Positions 45,072 through 54,795 of a stretch of DNA of 64,000 bases are shown here, piece after piece. Every line of letters starts with the position of its first letter. Within the stretch, counting starts at the first letter, position 1. Source of the stretch: Acidimicrobiales bacterium. GTDB taxonomy: Bacteria > Actinomycetota > Acidimicrobiia > Acidimicrobiales > JBOGIG01. Position numbers and translations under genes: made by a program. The DNA lies in assembly GCA_050742455.1 (NCBI GenBank), contig JBOGIG010000111.1:3537-67536 (forward strand), written 5' to 3'. The notes beneath the pieces were generated by a model. That model saw nothing but the letters and a program-made list of their open reading frames with translations. It was not told the origin of the DNA and searched no databases.

Positions 45072-45620
45072 ATGGCCAATTCACCACCATCTGAGGACCA
45101 CTCCGAAGTCATAGTCATACCTGACCACGCAGGGGAGGAAGAGCGGGCCGTGAAAGCTGGCACCAGGCCCCGACGTTCTGGCCCCGACGGGGGATCTGGT
45201 TCCGACGAGGAAGGATCCGAGTCCGTCGAGCAGCCGGCCAAGGTCATGCGCATCGGAAGCATGACCAAGCAGCTCCTGGAAGAGGTCCGTCATGCCCCCT
45301 TGGACGAGGCCAGCCGAGCGCGCCTGAAGGAGATCTACGAGACCTCGGTCCGGGAGCTGGCCAGTGGACTTTCCCCCGATCTGGCGGCAGAGTTGGACCG
45401 GGTGGCCATCCCCTTCGACAGCGCCACTCCGAGCGAAGCCGAGCTCAGAGTGGCCCAGGCCCAGTTGGTGGGGTGGCTGGAGGGCCTCTTCCACGGCATA
45501 CAAGCCACCCTGTTCGCCCAGCAGATGGCAGCCCGGGCCCAGCTTGCCGAAATGCATCAACGCGAGCTTCCCCCTGGGCCGCCCGACGAGAATGGCCCAG
45601 GCCTGGGAACGTATCTTTAG
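45072..45620 (+). CDS. bpa: bacterial proteasome activator (Bpa/PafE family)
   Basis: It has a disordered N-terminus, a four-helix core (KVMRIGSMTKQLLEEVR...LVGWLEGLFHGIQ) and a C-terminal GTYL that resembles the GQYL proteasome-docking motif of Bpa. Confidence 0.75.
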   Translation: MANSPPSEDHSEVIVIPDHAGEEERAVKAGTRPRRSGPDGGSGSDEEGSESVEQPAKVMRIGSMTKQLLEEVRHAPLDEASRARLKEIYETSVRELASGLSPDLAAELDRVAIPFDSATPSEAELRVAQAQLVGWLEGLFHGIQATLFAQQMAARAQLAEMHQRELPPGPPDENGPGLGTYL

Positions 45621-45646
45621 AGCCCTCCGGGGGATGCTCTTGGGCA

Positions 45647-48600
45647 GTGGTGGGGCCGTATAGGGTTGGCCCAATCGACGCTTTCGCCCACCTGCATGTA
45701 CACACCGAGTACTCGATGTTGGACGGCGCGGCGCGGATCGCCGACGCGGTGTCGGCCGCCGTGGCCGACGGACAGCCTGCACTGGGGATCACCGATCACG
45801 GCAACATGTATGGCGTCTTGGACTTCTACAAGGAGTGCAAAGCTCAAGGGGTCGTGCCGGTCATCGGCAGCGAGGCCTATATGGCTCTGGAGAGCCGTCA
45901 CGAGCGGCCGGTTCGCCGTAGCGGGCATCTGGACGACACCGGGGGTAACGGCGACGGAGGTCAAAAGCTCTACTACCACCTGACCGTGCTGGCCGAGACC
46001 ACCACCGGCTACTACAACTTGATGAAGCTGTCTTCGGCCGCTTTCCTGGACGGTTACTACTACAAGCCCCGCCTGGACTGGGAGCTACTGGAGAGACACC
46101 ACGAGGGCATCATCGCCACCACCGGGTGCTTGGGGGGCGTTGTCCTTCAGGCTCTGCTGCGCGACGACGTTGGAGAGGCCACGCGGCTGGCCGCCAGGCT
46201 TCAGGACATCATGGGCCGCGACAATCTATTCGTCGAGCTACAGGACCACGGCCTGGCCGCCCAACGCAGGACCAATCCGGCGCTGATCGAACTGGCGCAT
46301 ACCATTGGGGCACCGCTGCTCGCCACCAACGACAGTCACTACACCCATCGGGGCGACGCCATGGCCCACGATGCACTCTTGTGTGTTCAGACCGGATCGC
46401 TGGTCAGCGATCCCAAGCGCCTTCGATTCGAGGGTCAAGAGCACTACCTGAAGAGCGCGGCGGAAATGCGCTCGCTGTTCTCCGAGGTGCCCGAGGCCTG
46501 CGACAACACCCTTTTGATCGGCGAACGGGCCCGGGTTGAGATCGAGTTCGGCAAGCCCAAGCTGCCCGAATTCCCCGTGCCAGATCGATTCGGCGCCGAC
46601 ACCTACGAGGAGTCCGCCAACGCTTACCTTCGCCACCTCACACAGGAGGGGGCAGCGCTGCGTTACGGCTCCGAGCTTCGGCGCGAAGTGGTCGAGAGAC
46701 TTGATTACGAACTCGGGGTCATCTCGGATATGGGCTTTTCGGCTTATTTCCTGGTGGTGTGGGACCTCATCCGCTACGCCCGGGACAACGGGATCCGGGT
46801 AGGTCCGGGCCGGGGTTCGGCAGCCGGATGCTGCGTCGCCTACTGCCTACGGATAGTGGACATCGATCCCATCGCCTACGACCTGCTGTTCGAGCGCTTC
46901 CTCAACCCGGGCCGCAAGCAGATGCCCGACATCGACATGGACTTCGACGAGCGATACCGGGCCGACATGATCCGCTACGCCACCGATCGCTACGGCTGGG
47001 ACCACGTGGCCCAGATCGTGACCTTCTCGACGATCAAGGCCAGGGCCGCGGTGCGCGACGCGGCCCGGGTACTGGGGTTTTCTTACGGGGTGGGGGACAA
47101 GATCGCCAAGGCCATGCCTCCCCTCGTCATGGGGCGGGACACGCCCCTGTGGGCCTGTCTGGATCGCAGCGCCGGACACGAGGACGGCTTCGTGGCAGCG
47201 GCCGATCTGCGCGCCATGTACGAGACCGATCCCGAGGCGGCACAAGTAATCGACGTGGCCCGAGGTCTGGAGGGGCTGCGCCGCCAGGATGGCATCCACG
47301 CCGCTGCTGTGGTCATCACCCAGGACCCCCTGACCGACTATCTGCCTATCCAGCGCAAGCCGGACCAGAACACCCGGGTCGAGGATGCCCCCGTCGTCAC
47401 CCAGTACGAGATGCATGGCGTCGAGGAGCTGGGCCTGCTGAAAATGGACTTCCTGGGGCTGAGGAACCTCAGCGTGATCGAGAAGACCCTGGATCTGGTG
47501 GAGGCATCTGGCCAAAAGCGCCCTGACATCGACCAGGTGGCCACCGACGACGAAGCTACGTTCGCCATGCTGCGCAGGGGGGACTCCATCGGAGTGTTCC
47601 AGCTGGAAGGGGCGGCTATGCGAGCCCTGTTGCGCTCTTTGGCCCCGACCACCTTCGACGACGTGGCAGCCTTGGTGGCCCTATACCGGCCCGGGCCAAT
47701 GGCGGCCAACATGCACAACGACTACGCCGATCGGAAGAACAAGCGCCAGGCCATCACCTACCTTCACCCCGACCTCGAGGATCTGTTGGGCGATACCTAT
47801 GGGCTCATGATCTATCAGGAGTCGGTCATGCGGGTGGCCCAGCGCTTTGCCGGTTACTCGTTGGAAGAAGCCGACAACCTGCGCAAGGCTTGCGGGAAGA
47901 AGATCAGGGCACTCCTTGCCGCCGAGCGGGAGAAGTTCGTGCAGGGCTGCATCACCACCGGCTACGGGGCCGAATTGGGGACCAAGCTCTTCGACATCAT
48001 CGAGCCGTTTGCCGACTATGCCTTCAACAAGAGCCACTCCTACGGCTACGGACTGGTCAGTTACCAAACTGCCTGGCTCAAGGCCAATCACCCGGTCGAA
48101 TACTTCGCTGCCCTACTGACCAGCGTAAAGGACGACAAGGACAAGACCGGGGTCTACCTGTCGGAGTGCCGGTCCAGGGGCATCACCGTCCTGGTCCCCG
48201 ATGTAAACGTCTCCGAATCTGACTTCACCGCCCGACGGGGTGATCCGGCCGGTGGGTCCGATGCCATACCGTTTGGCCTGTCTGCCGTTCGCAACGTGGG
48301 CGAGGCCCTGGTCGCCCGCATCGTGACCGAGCGGGAATCGGGAGGACCTTTTGGCGACTTCTACGACTTCTGCCAGAGGGTCGATCCCTTGGTCCTGAAC
48401 AAGCGGACGATTGAATCCCTGGTCAAGGCCGGAGCTTTTGACTCGCTCGGCCATCCCCGCAAGGGCCTGTGCCTGGTGTTCGAAGGCGTGGTGGAGGCCA
48501 CCCTGGCTCGTCGCCGGGAGAACGACCTCGGCATCATGAGCTTGTTCGCCAGTGTGGAGTCGGACGGGAACGGGGATGCGGCCGCCTTTGATGACACCCG

Positions 48601-49246
48601 CATTCCCATTCCCGACGTCGAGTTCTCCAAGGCCGAGAAGCTGGCCTACGAGAAGGAGATGCTGGGCCTGTACATCAGCGATCACCCTCTGATGGGTGTA
48701 GAAGCGGCCCTGCGCAACCTGTGCGAGGCCAGCTTGGGCGAACTGGTGGAAGGGTCCCGCGACGGCGAGGTGCGCAAGGTGGGGGGCGTGGTCACCGCCT
48801 TGTCCCGGCGCCATACCAAGCGGGGCGAGCTGATGGCCACCTTCACCTTGGAGGACCTGGCGAACTCCATGGATGTCTTTGTCTTCCCCAAGTCCATGGC
48901 CGAGTACGGAGCGCTACTGGCCGATGACGCCGTGGTAGTTATAAAGGCCCGGTTGGACAACCGTGACGATCAGCCCAAGCTCATCTGCATGGAGGTCACC
49001 CGCCCAGATCTGGCCGCCGTCGGGGTTTCTCCGACCCTGGTGCTCCGCCTACCCGTGGGGTCGCTCACGACGTCGAAGGTCGATGACTTAAAGAAACTGC
49101 TGGTCGACAACCCCGGTCAGTCCGAGGTTCAACTGGTGGTGGGCGAAAAGCGGCTGCGTCTTCCCGGCCAATTCAAAGTGGACGCCAGAGCCGGGCTGAT
49201 CGCCGAATTGAGGGTGCTTTTCGGCCCTGACGCGATCGCATCCTGA
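45647..49246 (+). CDS. dnaE: DNA polymerase III alpha subunit (DnaE1)
   Basis: N-terminal PHP domain (FAHLHVHTEYSMLDGA), polymerase core, OB fold. GTG at 45647 gives about 1199 aa; the longest ORF (45473) overlaps bpa. Confidence 0.95.
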   Translation: MVGPYRVGPIDAFAHLHVHTEYSMLDGAARIADAVSAAVADGQPALGITDHGNMYGVLDFYKECKAQGVVPVIGSEAYMALESRHERPVRRSGHLDDTGGNGDGGQKLYYHLTVLAETTTGYYNLMKLSSAAFLDGYYYKPRLDWELLERHHEGIIATTGCLGGVVLQALLRDDVGEATRLAARLQDIMGRDNLFVELQDHGLAAQRRTNPALIELAHTIGAPLLATNDSHYTHRGDAMAHDALLCVQTGSLVSDPKRLRFEGQEHYLKSAAEMRSLFSEVPEACDNTLLIGERARVEIEFGKPKLPEFPVPDRFGADTYEESANAYLRHLTQEGAALRYGSELRREVVERLDYELGVISDMGFSAYFLVVWDLIRYARDNGIRVGPGRGSAAGCCVAYCLRIVDIDPIAYDLLFERFLNPGRKQMPDIDMDFDERYRADMIRYATDRYGWDHVAQIVTFSTIKARAAVRDAARVLGFSYGVGDKIAKAMPPLVMGRDTPLWACLDRSAGHEDGFVAAADLRAMYETDPEAAQVIDVARGLEGLRRQDGIHAAAVVITQDPLTDYLPIQRKPDQNTRVEDAPVVTQYEMHGVEELGLLKMDFLGLRNLSVIEKTLDLVEASGQKRPDIDQVATDDEATFAMLRRGDSIGVFQLEGAAMRALLRSLAPTTFDDVAALVALYRPGPMAANMHNDYADRKNKRQAITYLHPDLEDLLGDTYGLMIYQESVMRVAQRFAGYSLEEADNLRKACGKKIRALLAAEREKFVQGCITTGYGAELGTKLFDIIEPFADYAFNKSHSYGYGLVSYQTAWLKANHPVEYFAALLTSVKDDKDKTGVYLSECRSRGITVLVPDVNVSESDFTARRGDPAGGSDAIPFGLSAVRNVGEALVARIVTERESGGPFGDFYDFCQRVDPLVLNKRTIESLVKAGAFDSLGHPRKGLCLVFEGVVEATLARRRENDLGIMSLFASVESDGNGDAAAFDDTRIPIPDVEFSKAEKLAYEKEMLGLYISDHPLMGVEAALRNLCEASLGELVEGSRDGEVRKVGGVVTALSRRHTKRGELMATFTLEDLANSMDVFVFPKSMAEYGALLADDAVVVIKARLDNRDDQPKLICMEVTRPDLAAVGVSPTLVLRLPVGSLTTSKVDDLKKLLVDNPGQSEVQLVVGEKRLRLPGQFKVDARAGLIAELRVLFGPDAIAS

Positions 49247-49335
49247 CCGGCGCCGCAGGGCCGTGGTCACCCTCACGTGGAAAGGCAGGCCGTTCATCCC
49301 GTAACCTGTATCGGAGATACGAACCGCACGGATGG

Positions 49336-50031
49336 ATGGGAGTGCTGAACAGGCCCATGACAATCGCAATTGAAACCAAGGACTGCACGGCACTGAGCGA
49401 CGCGGAGCTGGCCGAGATGGCCGATATCTGCACCGACGGGCCGGCCGGCTTTGATATGGGCTTTATTTCCAAGCAACGCGACGAGTGGGTGCTGGTGAGC
49501 CAGGCCCGCGACGGCATCAAGTTGGTTGGGTTTGCCTTTTCGACCCTGGAGCGCATTGGCGGCACGCCTTCGATGTTGATCGGCGTCGCTTCCATCAAGC
49601 GCAACTCCAAACGGGACAGTGTATTGAAAGCGGTCATGGCCGCCCTGTATCGACGCGCCGTCCTGGCTTTCCCCGACGAGGACGTGCTGGTCGGGACGCG
49701 CCTGGCCAACCCGGGGGCCTTTGGCGCGTTCAAGGGTTTGGAGGACATCGTCCCCCGCCCTGGCCACAAGGCGTCGGGCGAAGAGCGGGCCTGGGGCCGG
49801 CGCCTGGCCAAGCGCTTCGGGGTGGAGGGCCGCATCGATGATCGAACATTCATTCTGGGGGGGGATGAGTCTCCTGCCGGTTTGCTCGACCACACAGCTC
49901 TCAAGCCAGAAGCAATCGCCACCGACGTGACCGCATTCTTCGATCCCCTCGATGCGTCGAGGCGTGACACCCTGGTGGCATTCGGATGGGCCATGGCCGA
50001 GGACCTGGCCTCGGGCAAACTCGGCCGCTGA
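49336..50031 (+). CDS. hypothetical protein (possibly GNAT-like fold)
   Basis: A well-behaved globular-looking 231-aa ORF, whereas the antisense ORFs are S/R/P-rich junk. No motif was recognised with confidence. An alternative start is ATG at 49357. Confidence 0.6.
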   Translation: MGVLNRPMTIAIETKDCTALSDAELAEMADICTDGPAGFDMGFISKQRDEWVLVSQARDGIKLVGFAFSTLERIGGTPSMLIGVASIKRNSKRDSVLKAVMAALYRRAVLAFPDEDVLVGTRLANPGAFGAFKGLEDIVPRPGHKASGEERAWGRRLAKRFGVEGRIDDRTFILGGDESPAGLLDHTALKPEAIATDVTAFFDPLDASRRDTLVAFGWAMAEDLASGKLGR

Positions 50032-50179
50032 GTCCCCACACTTCGGCCTTGGAGCCACGGGATTCGGCATCGGGCCGGGACCGACGGCGCTCTCGACGGG
50101 GGTTGAAGGACGTCACCGCCGAGCATAACTCCGATGTGCCTCCACCACTTTCGACCGGCCGGCGACCAAACTGGGCATC

Positions 50180-51121
50180 ATGAAGGTCGGTTTGGTTCTG
50201 GGAGCAGGTGGCACAGCAGGGCTGGCCTATCACGCTGGGGTGCTACACGCCCTGTCCGAGGTGACCGGTCTTGACTCGACCGCCGTCGATCTGATTGTGG
50301 GAACCAGCGCCGGGAGCGTCGCCGGGGCCTACCTTCGCAGCGGGTGGACCGCCAACGACCTATGGGACGAGACGGTGGGCCAGGCGGGCGCGCTCCAACC
50401 CGACATGGAGATCTTGGCCCCGGCCTTCAAGTCAGGTTTGGACCTGGTGCGCCGAACGCTCGGCTCGGCCTATGTCGTCGGCGTGAGCCTGGCCCATATG
50501 CCGAGCGTGCCCATGCCCGGGCTGTTGCGGCGGGCGTTCCCGGGCGGACTCTTCCTCATGGCCGATGGAGAAACCCATATTGCCGCCCAATTGCACAGGG
50601 GCTGGCCCGACCGGGCCCTATGGCTGTGCGCCGCAGACCTGGTGTCGGGCCATCGGGTGGTGCTGGGTCAAGACCCCGACGATCCGCTGTCGCTCCGCCG
50701 AGCAGTCATGGCGTCATGTGCCATACCGGCCGTATATTCGCCCGTGCGTTCCCGGGGACGGGTGCTGGTGGACGGCGGCCTGGTCTCCACCACCAACCTG
50801 GACTTGGCCGCCGACGCGGGCTGTGACCTGATCATCGGCGTGGCGCCCATGGCCTACGACCCATCCGACCCCCCCAATGCGCTGCACCGTGCATTGCGTC
50901 GCATCCCCTCGCGGTCATTGTCCTTCGAGGCCGCCCGAGCCCGTCGCCAAGGGTCCCGGGTCGTCCTCATCCGCCCCACCTCGTCAGAGATCGACCTGCA
51001 CGGGCTCAATCTGATGCGCCGCGATGGCCTGGATGCCATTGCCCAGGCCGCCTACGACGCTACTGCCCGCACCCTGGGAAGCGGGGCCTTGCGCTCCGTT
51101 GTCAACGAAGTCGCCGCCTGA
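50180..51121 (+). CDS. patatin-like phospholipase
   Basis: GAGGTAGLAYHAGVL (oxyanion GxGxxG), GTSAGS (GxSxG nucleophile) and VDGG (catalytic Asp) are present. Confidence 0.85.
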   Translation: MKVGLVLGAGGTAGLAYHAGVLHALSEVTGLDSTAVDLIVGTSAGSVAGAYLRSGWTANDLWDETVGQAGALQPDMEILAPAFKSGLDLVRRTLGSAYVVGVSLAHMPSVPMPGLLRRAFPGGLFLMADGETHIAAQLHRGWPDRALWLCAADLVSGHRVVLGQDPDDPLSLRRAVMASCAIPAVYSPVRSRGRVLVDGGLVSTTNLDLAADAGCDLIIGVAPMAYDPSDPPNALHRALRRIPSRSLSFEAARARRQGSRVVLIRPTSSEIDLHGLNLMRRDGLDAIAQAAYDATARTLGSGALRSVVNEVAA

Positions 51122-51156
51122 GCCACCCCCTGGTCGCCGCCTGAGCCATCCCCTGG
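51111..51156. repeat. 23-bp x2 tandem duplication spanning the patatin stop codon
   Basis: TCGCCGCCTGAGCCACCCCCTGG at 51111-51133 and TCGCCGCCTGAGCCATCCCCTGG at 51134-51156 differ by 1 mismatch. The TGA at 51119-51121 is the patatin stop. Confidence 0.9.
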
Positions 51157-51163
51157 TCATTCC

Positions 51164-51200
51164 GCGGCCCGGTCAGTTCGGCAGAGCGGCCCGGTCAGTT
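51164..51200. repeat. 22-bp-period direct repeat in a convergent intergenic gap
   Basis: GCGGCCCGGTCAGTT occurs at 51164-51178 and 51186-51200. Confidence 0.85.
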
Positions 51201-51208
51201 GGCGGCCC

Positions 51209-51886
51209 TCAGGGCCGGGGCAGGGCGGCGGCGACGGTCTTGTAGCATCGGCCGTCGATAGGAGGCGTCAGCGCCACCAGAAGGTATCTCGGCTTGAAGC
51301 CGAGCGCATTGGACAATATGGCGCCTGCCGAGCTGGAACGGCCCGTGGCAGCCAGAGCGGCGATCATATGCTCGTCGACGACGGGCAGCACGTGCTCTAC
51401 CCCGCCCCAGCCGAATCGGCACCGCACTACGTTCTCGCCCGGACGCATCCTCAATTGGGGACCCTGGTCGGGTCGGACAAGGCTCACCGATGGATGGGAT
51501 CCCTTGATGGACCAGTAGGGAGCGGCCGAGCCGGGAAAGCCGAGCAGGCCCTTGCCGGCGGGGGCCAGCAGGGCGGACAGGTAGCGGCGGGCCCTGCGAC
51601 CTGACAACCGCCCAGTCGCATGAGGCACTCCTGTCAGGTTCACGGCCTCGGGTCGCGCCGGATCATCCAGGTCGTCCCCAGGAGCGATTGTGGCCGAGAC
51701 CGTGTCAAAGGTGGCAAAAGTGCCCGGGCCCGATCCGCCGGGGACGGGAAAGGAGGCCCGGACCAGCGCCCCCGAACCAAGATCAATCGCCTCGCAGTTC
51801 CCCGTCCACGAGGCCAGGATCATGAGGTCAAGGCGGGCTCCGGCGGTCTCGGGTCGGGAAACCTGCACCGTTGCCGATCTGGGCAT
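51209..51886 (-). CDS. hypothetical protein
   Basis: About 225-aa ORF starting at ATG 51886, 4 nt after the stop of the upstream YyaL-like gene. No family was recognised. Confidence 0.55.
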   Translation of the reverse strand: MPRSATVQVSRPETAGARLDLMILASWTGNCEAIDLGSGALVRASFPVPGGSGPGTFATFDTVSATIAPGDDLDDPARPEAVNLTGVPHATGRLSGRRARRYLSALLAPAGKGLLGFPGSAAPYWSIKGSHPSVSLVRPDQGPQLRMRPGENVVRCRFGWGGVEHVLPVVDEHMIAALAATGRSSSAGAILSNALGFKPRYLLVALTPPIDGRCYKTVAAALPRP

Positions 51887-51890
51887 CTCC

Positions 51891-53936
51891 TCATGATGTC
51901 CAACTTCGGCCCGGCGCGGGTGGATGCCGGCCTGGCGCGGGGGGATGGCGGGTTTCATCGAGTGCTCGGTCCAGTTGGCCAAGCGTTGCCGACGGCGTCC
52001 GGCAGGTGTATCCCTGGCATACGAACGCCAGGTTATCGCTGCGCCCCTCCCACAGTGGCGAGTCGTAGCGCTCGCCCCAGGCCAGAACGGATCGAGGCAG
52101 GTAGCGGCCCTGAATCCGCCCCACCAGGTCCTGCCGATCCCCGGTCACCACCACGGAGGTGGTCCCAAAGATCTCGGTATCCACTGCTCCAAGGGCATGG
52201 GCAAAGGCCCGGGGTTGGTCAGCCATGGGCCCCGCCAGGGCAGCCAGGATGTCAGTGGCCAAGGCCGAATAGCGGCGCTGCCCAGTCAGGGCCCCCAGGC
52301 GCTGGAGAGCCACGCACGCCACCGAGTTGGCCGCCGGGATCGCCCCATCGAGGATGTCCTGGGGCCGAACGATCAGCTCTTCGGCATCCGAGCCCGTGGT
52401 GAACAGACAACCCTGGCCGTCGATGAAGAGGTCGACCATCGAGTCGGCCGTGGCCCGAGCCTGGTCTATCCACACTGCCTTCCCGGTCAGCTCGCCCAAG
52501 CGAGTGAAGGCATCGGTCAGCCAGGCGTAGTCTCCGGCATAGGCCAGATGGTGTCCCTGTCCATTCTGCCAGGAGCGAAGCCAGCGGCCATCGGAGTCCC
52601 GACGCGAATTGCGAATCAGGAAGTCCATCACGGCAGCGGCATCGTGGGCCCAGTCAGTCCGTCCCGTGGCTGCCGCGGCCTGGGCCAGCGCGGACGCGTA
52701 CATGGCGTTCCATTCGGTCAGGATCTTGCTATCCAGGCCGGGACGGATCCTGGACCGGCGGGCCTCGAATAAACGGCTGCGGGCCTCGGCCAACCCGGTG
52801 TCCCTAACGGTGAGCTCAGAACCCAAGGGGCGATGGAGGATGTTGGCCCCCTCGAAGTTGCCCGCCGAGGTGACCCCCCAGAACTCCATGGCCACGCGCG
52901 CCTGCTCGGGACCGAGCACCTCTTCGATTTGGCTGGGGGTCCAGACATAGAAGCGGCCCTCCGCCCCCTCCGAGTCGGCGTCCTCGGCCGAGTACAGTCC
53001 GCCATCGGGATGGCGCAGATCCCTGCTCACATAGGTTGCGATCTCGTCGGCTAATTCGAGCCAGGTCGGATCCGATGTGAGCTGCCAGGCGTGGATGTAT
53101 ACCCGGAGCAGGCCGGCCTGGTCGTAGAGCATCTTTTCGAAGTGCGGCACCAGCCATCGGGCATCGGTCGAGTACCGTGCGAATCCTCCGCCCAGGTGAT
53201 CCCTTATCCCCCCGGCAGCCATAGCCCCCAAGGTGGTGGTGGCCATGGACAAGGTGGTGGGGGAGTCATTGGCCGAGTAGGCCCGAAGGGCCAAGTCGAT
53301 CATGGACGGTTGCGGGAATTTGGGAGCGGGGCCAAATCCCCCCCACGTGGGGTCGAAGGAAGCCGACAGGCTGAGTAGGGCCTGGTCGAGCATGCCGGTC
53401 CCGGGAAGGAGAGTCCTGGCAGGAATGCGGGTCCGGGCCTCGACCGCATCGCGCAGTTCCTGTCCGGTTTCGACCAGTTCGTCCCGGCGCTCCTGCCAGG
53501 CTCTGGCCACGGCTTCGAGTACCCGGGGGAACCCGGGCAGGCCGTGGCGGTCCTCGGGGGGGAAGTAGGTGCCGGCCATGAACGGATGGGCCTTCGGTGT
53601 CATGAACACGGTCATGGGCCAACCGCCGCTGCCCGTCGTGGCTTGCACGGCCTCCATGTAGACGGCATCGATGTCGGGCCGTTCCTCCCGGTCCACCTTG
53701 ATGCACACGAAGTCCGCATTCATCGCTCTTGCCGTGGCCGGGTCCTCGAAGCTCTCATGGGCCATCACGTGGCACCAGTGACAGGCCGAGTACCCCACCG
53801 ACAAGATCACCGGCTTATCCTGTCGGCGAGCCAGTTCGAAGGCCTCGTCACCCCAGGGATACCAGTCCACCGGGTTGTCCTGGTGTTGAAGCAGATATGG
53901 GCTGGTCTCGCCGGCCAGATGGTTCTTGCCCGTCAC
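51891..53936 (-). CDS. thioredoxin-domain protein of the YyaL/DUF255 family (N-terminal thioredoxin-like plus six-hairpin glycosidase-like domain)
   Basis: [29 protein letters not shown]...[16 protein letters not shown] is a diagnostic N-terminus. GTG at 53936 is preferred over the longer low-complexity extensions. Confidence 0.9.
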   Translation of the reverse strand: MTGKNHLAGETSPYLLQHQDNPVDWYPWGDEAFELARRQDKPVILSVGYSACHWCHVMAHESFEDPATARAMNADFVCIKVDREERPDIDAVYMEAVQATTGSGGWPMTVFMTPKAHPFMAGTYFPPEDRHGLPGFPRVLEAVARAWQERRDELVETGQELRDAVEARTRIPARTLLPGTGMLDQALLSLSASFDPTWGGFGPAPKFPQPSMIDLALRAYSANDSPTTLSMATTTLGAMAAGGIRDHLGGGFARYSTDARWLVPHFEKMLYDQAGLLRVYIHAWQLTSDPTWLELADEIATYVSRDLRHPDGGLYSAEDADSEGAEGRFYVWTPSQIEEVLGPEQARVAMEFWGVTSAGNFEGANILHRPLGSELTVRDTGLAEARSRLFEARRSRIRPGLDSKILTEWNAMYASALAQAAAATGRTDWAHDAAAVMDFLIRNSRRDSDGRWLRSWQNGQGHHLAYAGDYAWLTDAFTRLGELTGKAVWIDQARATADSMVDLFIDGQGCLFTTGSDAEELIVRPQDILDGAIPAANSVACVALQRLGALTGQRRYSALATDILAALAGPMADQPRAFAHALGAVDTEIFGTTSVVVTGDRQDLVGRIQGRYLPRSVLAWGERYDSPLWEGRSDNLAFVCQGYTCRTPSATLGQLDRALDETRHPPAPGRHPPAPGRSWTS

Positions 53937-54051
53937 CCTTCGAGTCTGGCATGAGCGGGCGCCGCTTCGGGCGGGCCTTCCCCGAGCCTGGCCTTCCCCC
54001 GGCCTTCCTGCCTTCCCCTGGCCGAGCCCGCCCCCCGGTAGGGTCTCGCCC

Positions 54052-54795
54052 ATGGAACTGAGACTGGACAACAGGGTGGCGCTCGTCACCGGGGCATCGA
54101 GGGGGATAGGGCGGGCCATCGCAGCGGCCTATGCCGAAGCGGGAGCCAGGGTGGTGATCTCGTCGAGGAAGAAGGCCGCCCTGCAAGAGGCGGCCGGCGC
54201 AATGAAGGGCGAGGTGGCCGTGTTCGAGGCCAACGCCGGGGACCCCGATGCCGCCCAGGCCTGCGTAGCCTTTGCCTTAGAAACCTTCGGAGCCTTGGAC
54301 ATCCTGGTCAACAATGCCGCCACCAATCCCTACATGGGACCGCTGATGGGAATATCCGTCAGCCAGGCTGATAAGACCGTCCAGGTCAACCAGAGGGGGA
54401 CCCTGGTGTGGACCCAGGCGGCATGGAATGCGGCTATGGCCGATCGAGGCGGATGTGTCATCAATGTGGCGTCGATCGGGGGGTTGAGCGTCGAAACCTC
54501 GATCGCTTATTACAACGTGACCAAGGCCGCCGTCATCCATCTGACCCGCCAGATGGCGGCCGAGATGGCTCCCGGAGTCCGGGTCAATGCCATTGCTCCG
54601 GGACTCGTCAAGACGGATATGGCCCGGGCCCTGTGGGAAGCCAACGAGAGGGCCATCGCCGACCGACTCCCTCTCCGGCGACTCGGAGAGCCATCCGACA
54701 TCGCCGATTCGGCCGTGTTCCTGGCCAGCGACGCCGCGTCGTGGATAACGGGCCAGACCTTGGTGGTCGATGGGGGAGCGCTTATTGCCCGCTGA
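54052..54795 (+). CDS. short-chain dehydrogenase/reductase (FabG-like)
   Basis: [13 protein letters not shown] (TGxxxGxG), NNAA and YNVTKAAV (YxxxK) are present. ATG at 54052. Confidence 0.9.
   Translation: MELRLDNRVALVTGASRGIGRAIAAAYAEAGARVVISSRKKAALQEAAGAMKGEVAVFEANAGDPDAAQACVAFALETFGALDILVNNAATNPYMGPLMGISVSQADKTVQVNQRGTLVWTQAAWNAAMADRGGCVINVASIGGLSVETSIAYYNVTKAAVIHLTRQMAAEMAPGVRVNAIAPGLVKTDMARALWEANERAIADRLPLRRLGEPSDIADSAVFLASDAASWITGQTLVVDGGALIAR

Noticed and set aside
49173-50126. 317-aa and 258-aa minus-strand ORFs covering the hypothetical gene at 49336-50031.
   Set aside because: Their Ser/Arg/Pro/Ala-rich composition shows no domain-like pattern, whereas the plus-strand frame gives a balanced globular-type sequence. 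They were treated as shadow ORFs.
50180-51121. The patatin-like phospholipase as a CBASS or other anti-phage effector.
   Set aside because: No cyclase, CD-NTase, SAVED/STING or other signalling partner lies nearby. The neighbours are dnaE and unrelated housekeeping-type genes.
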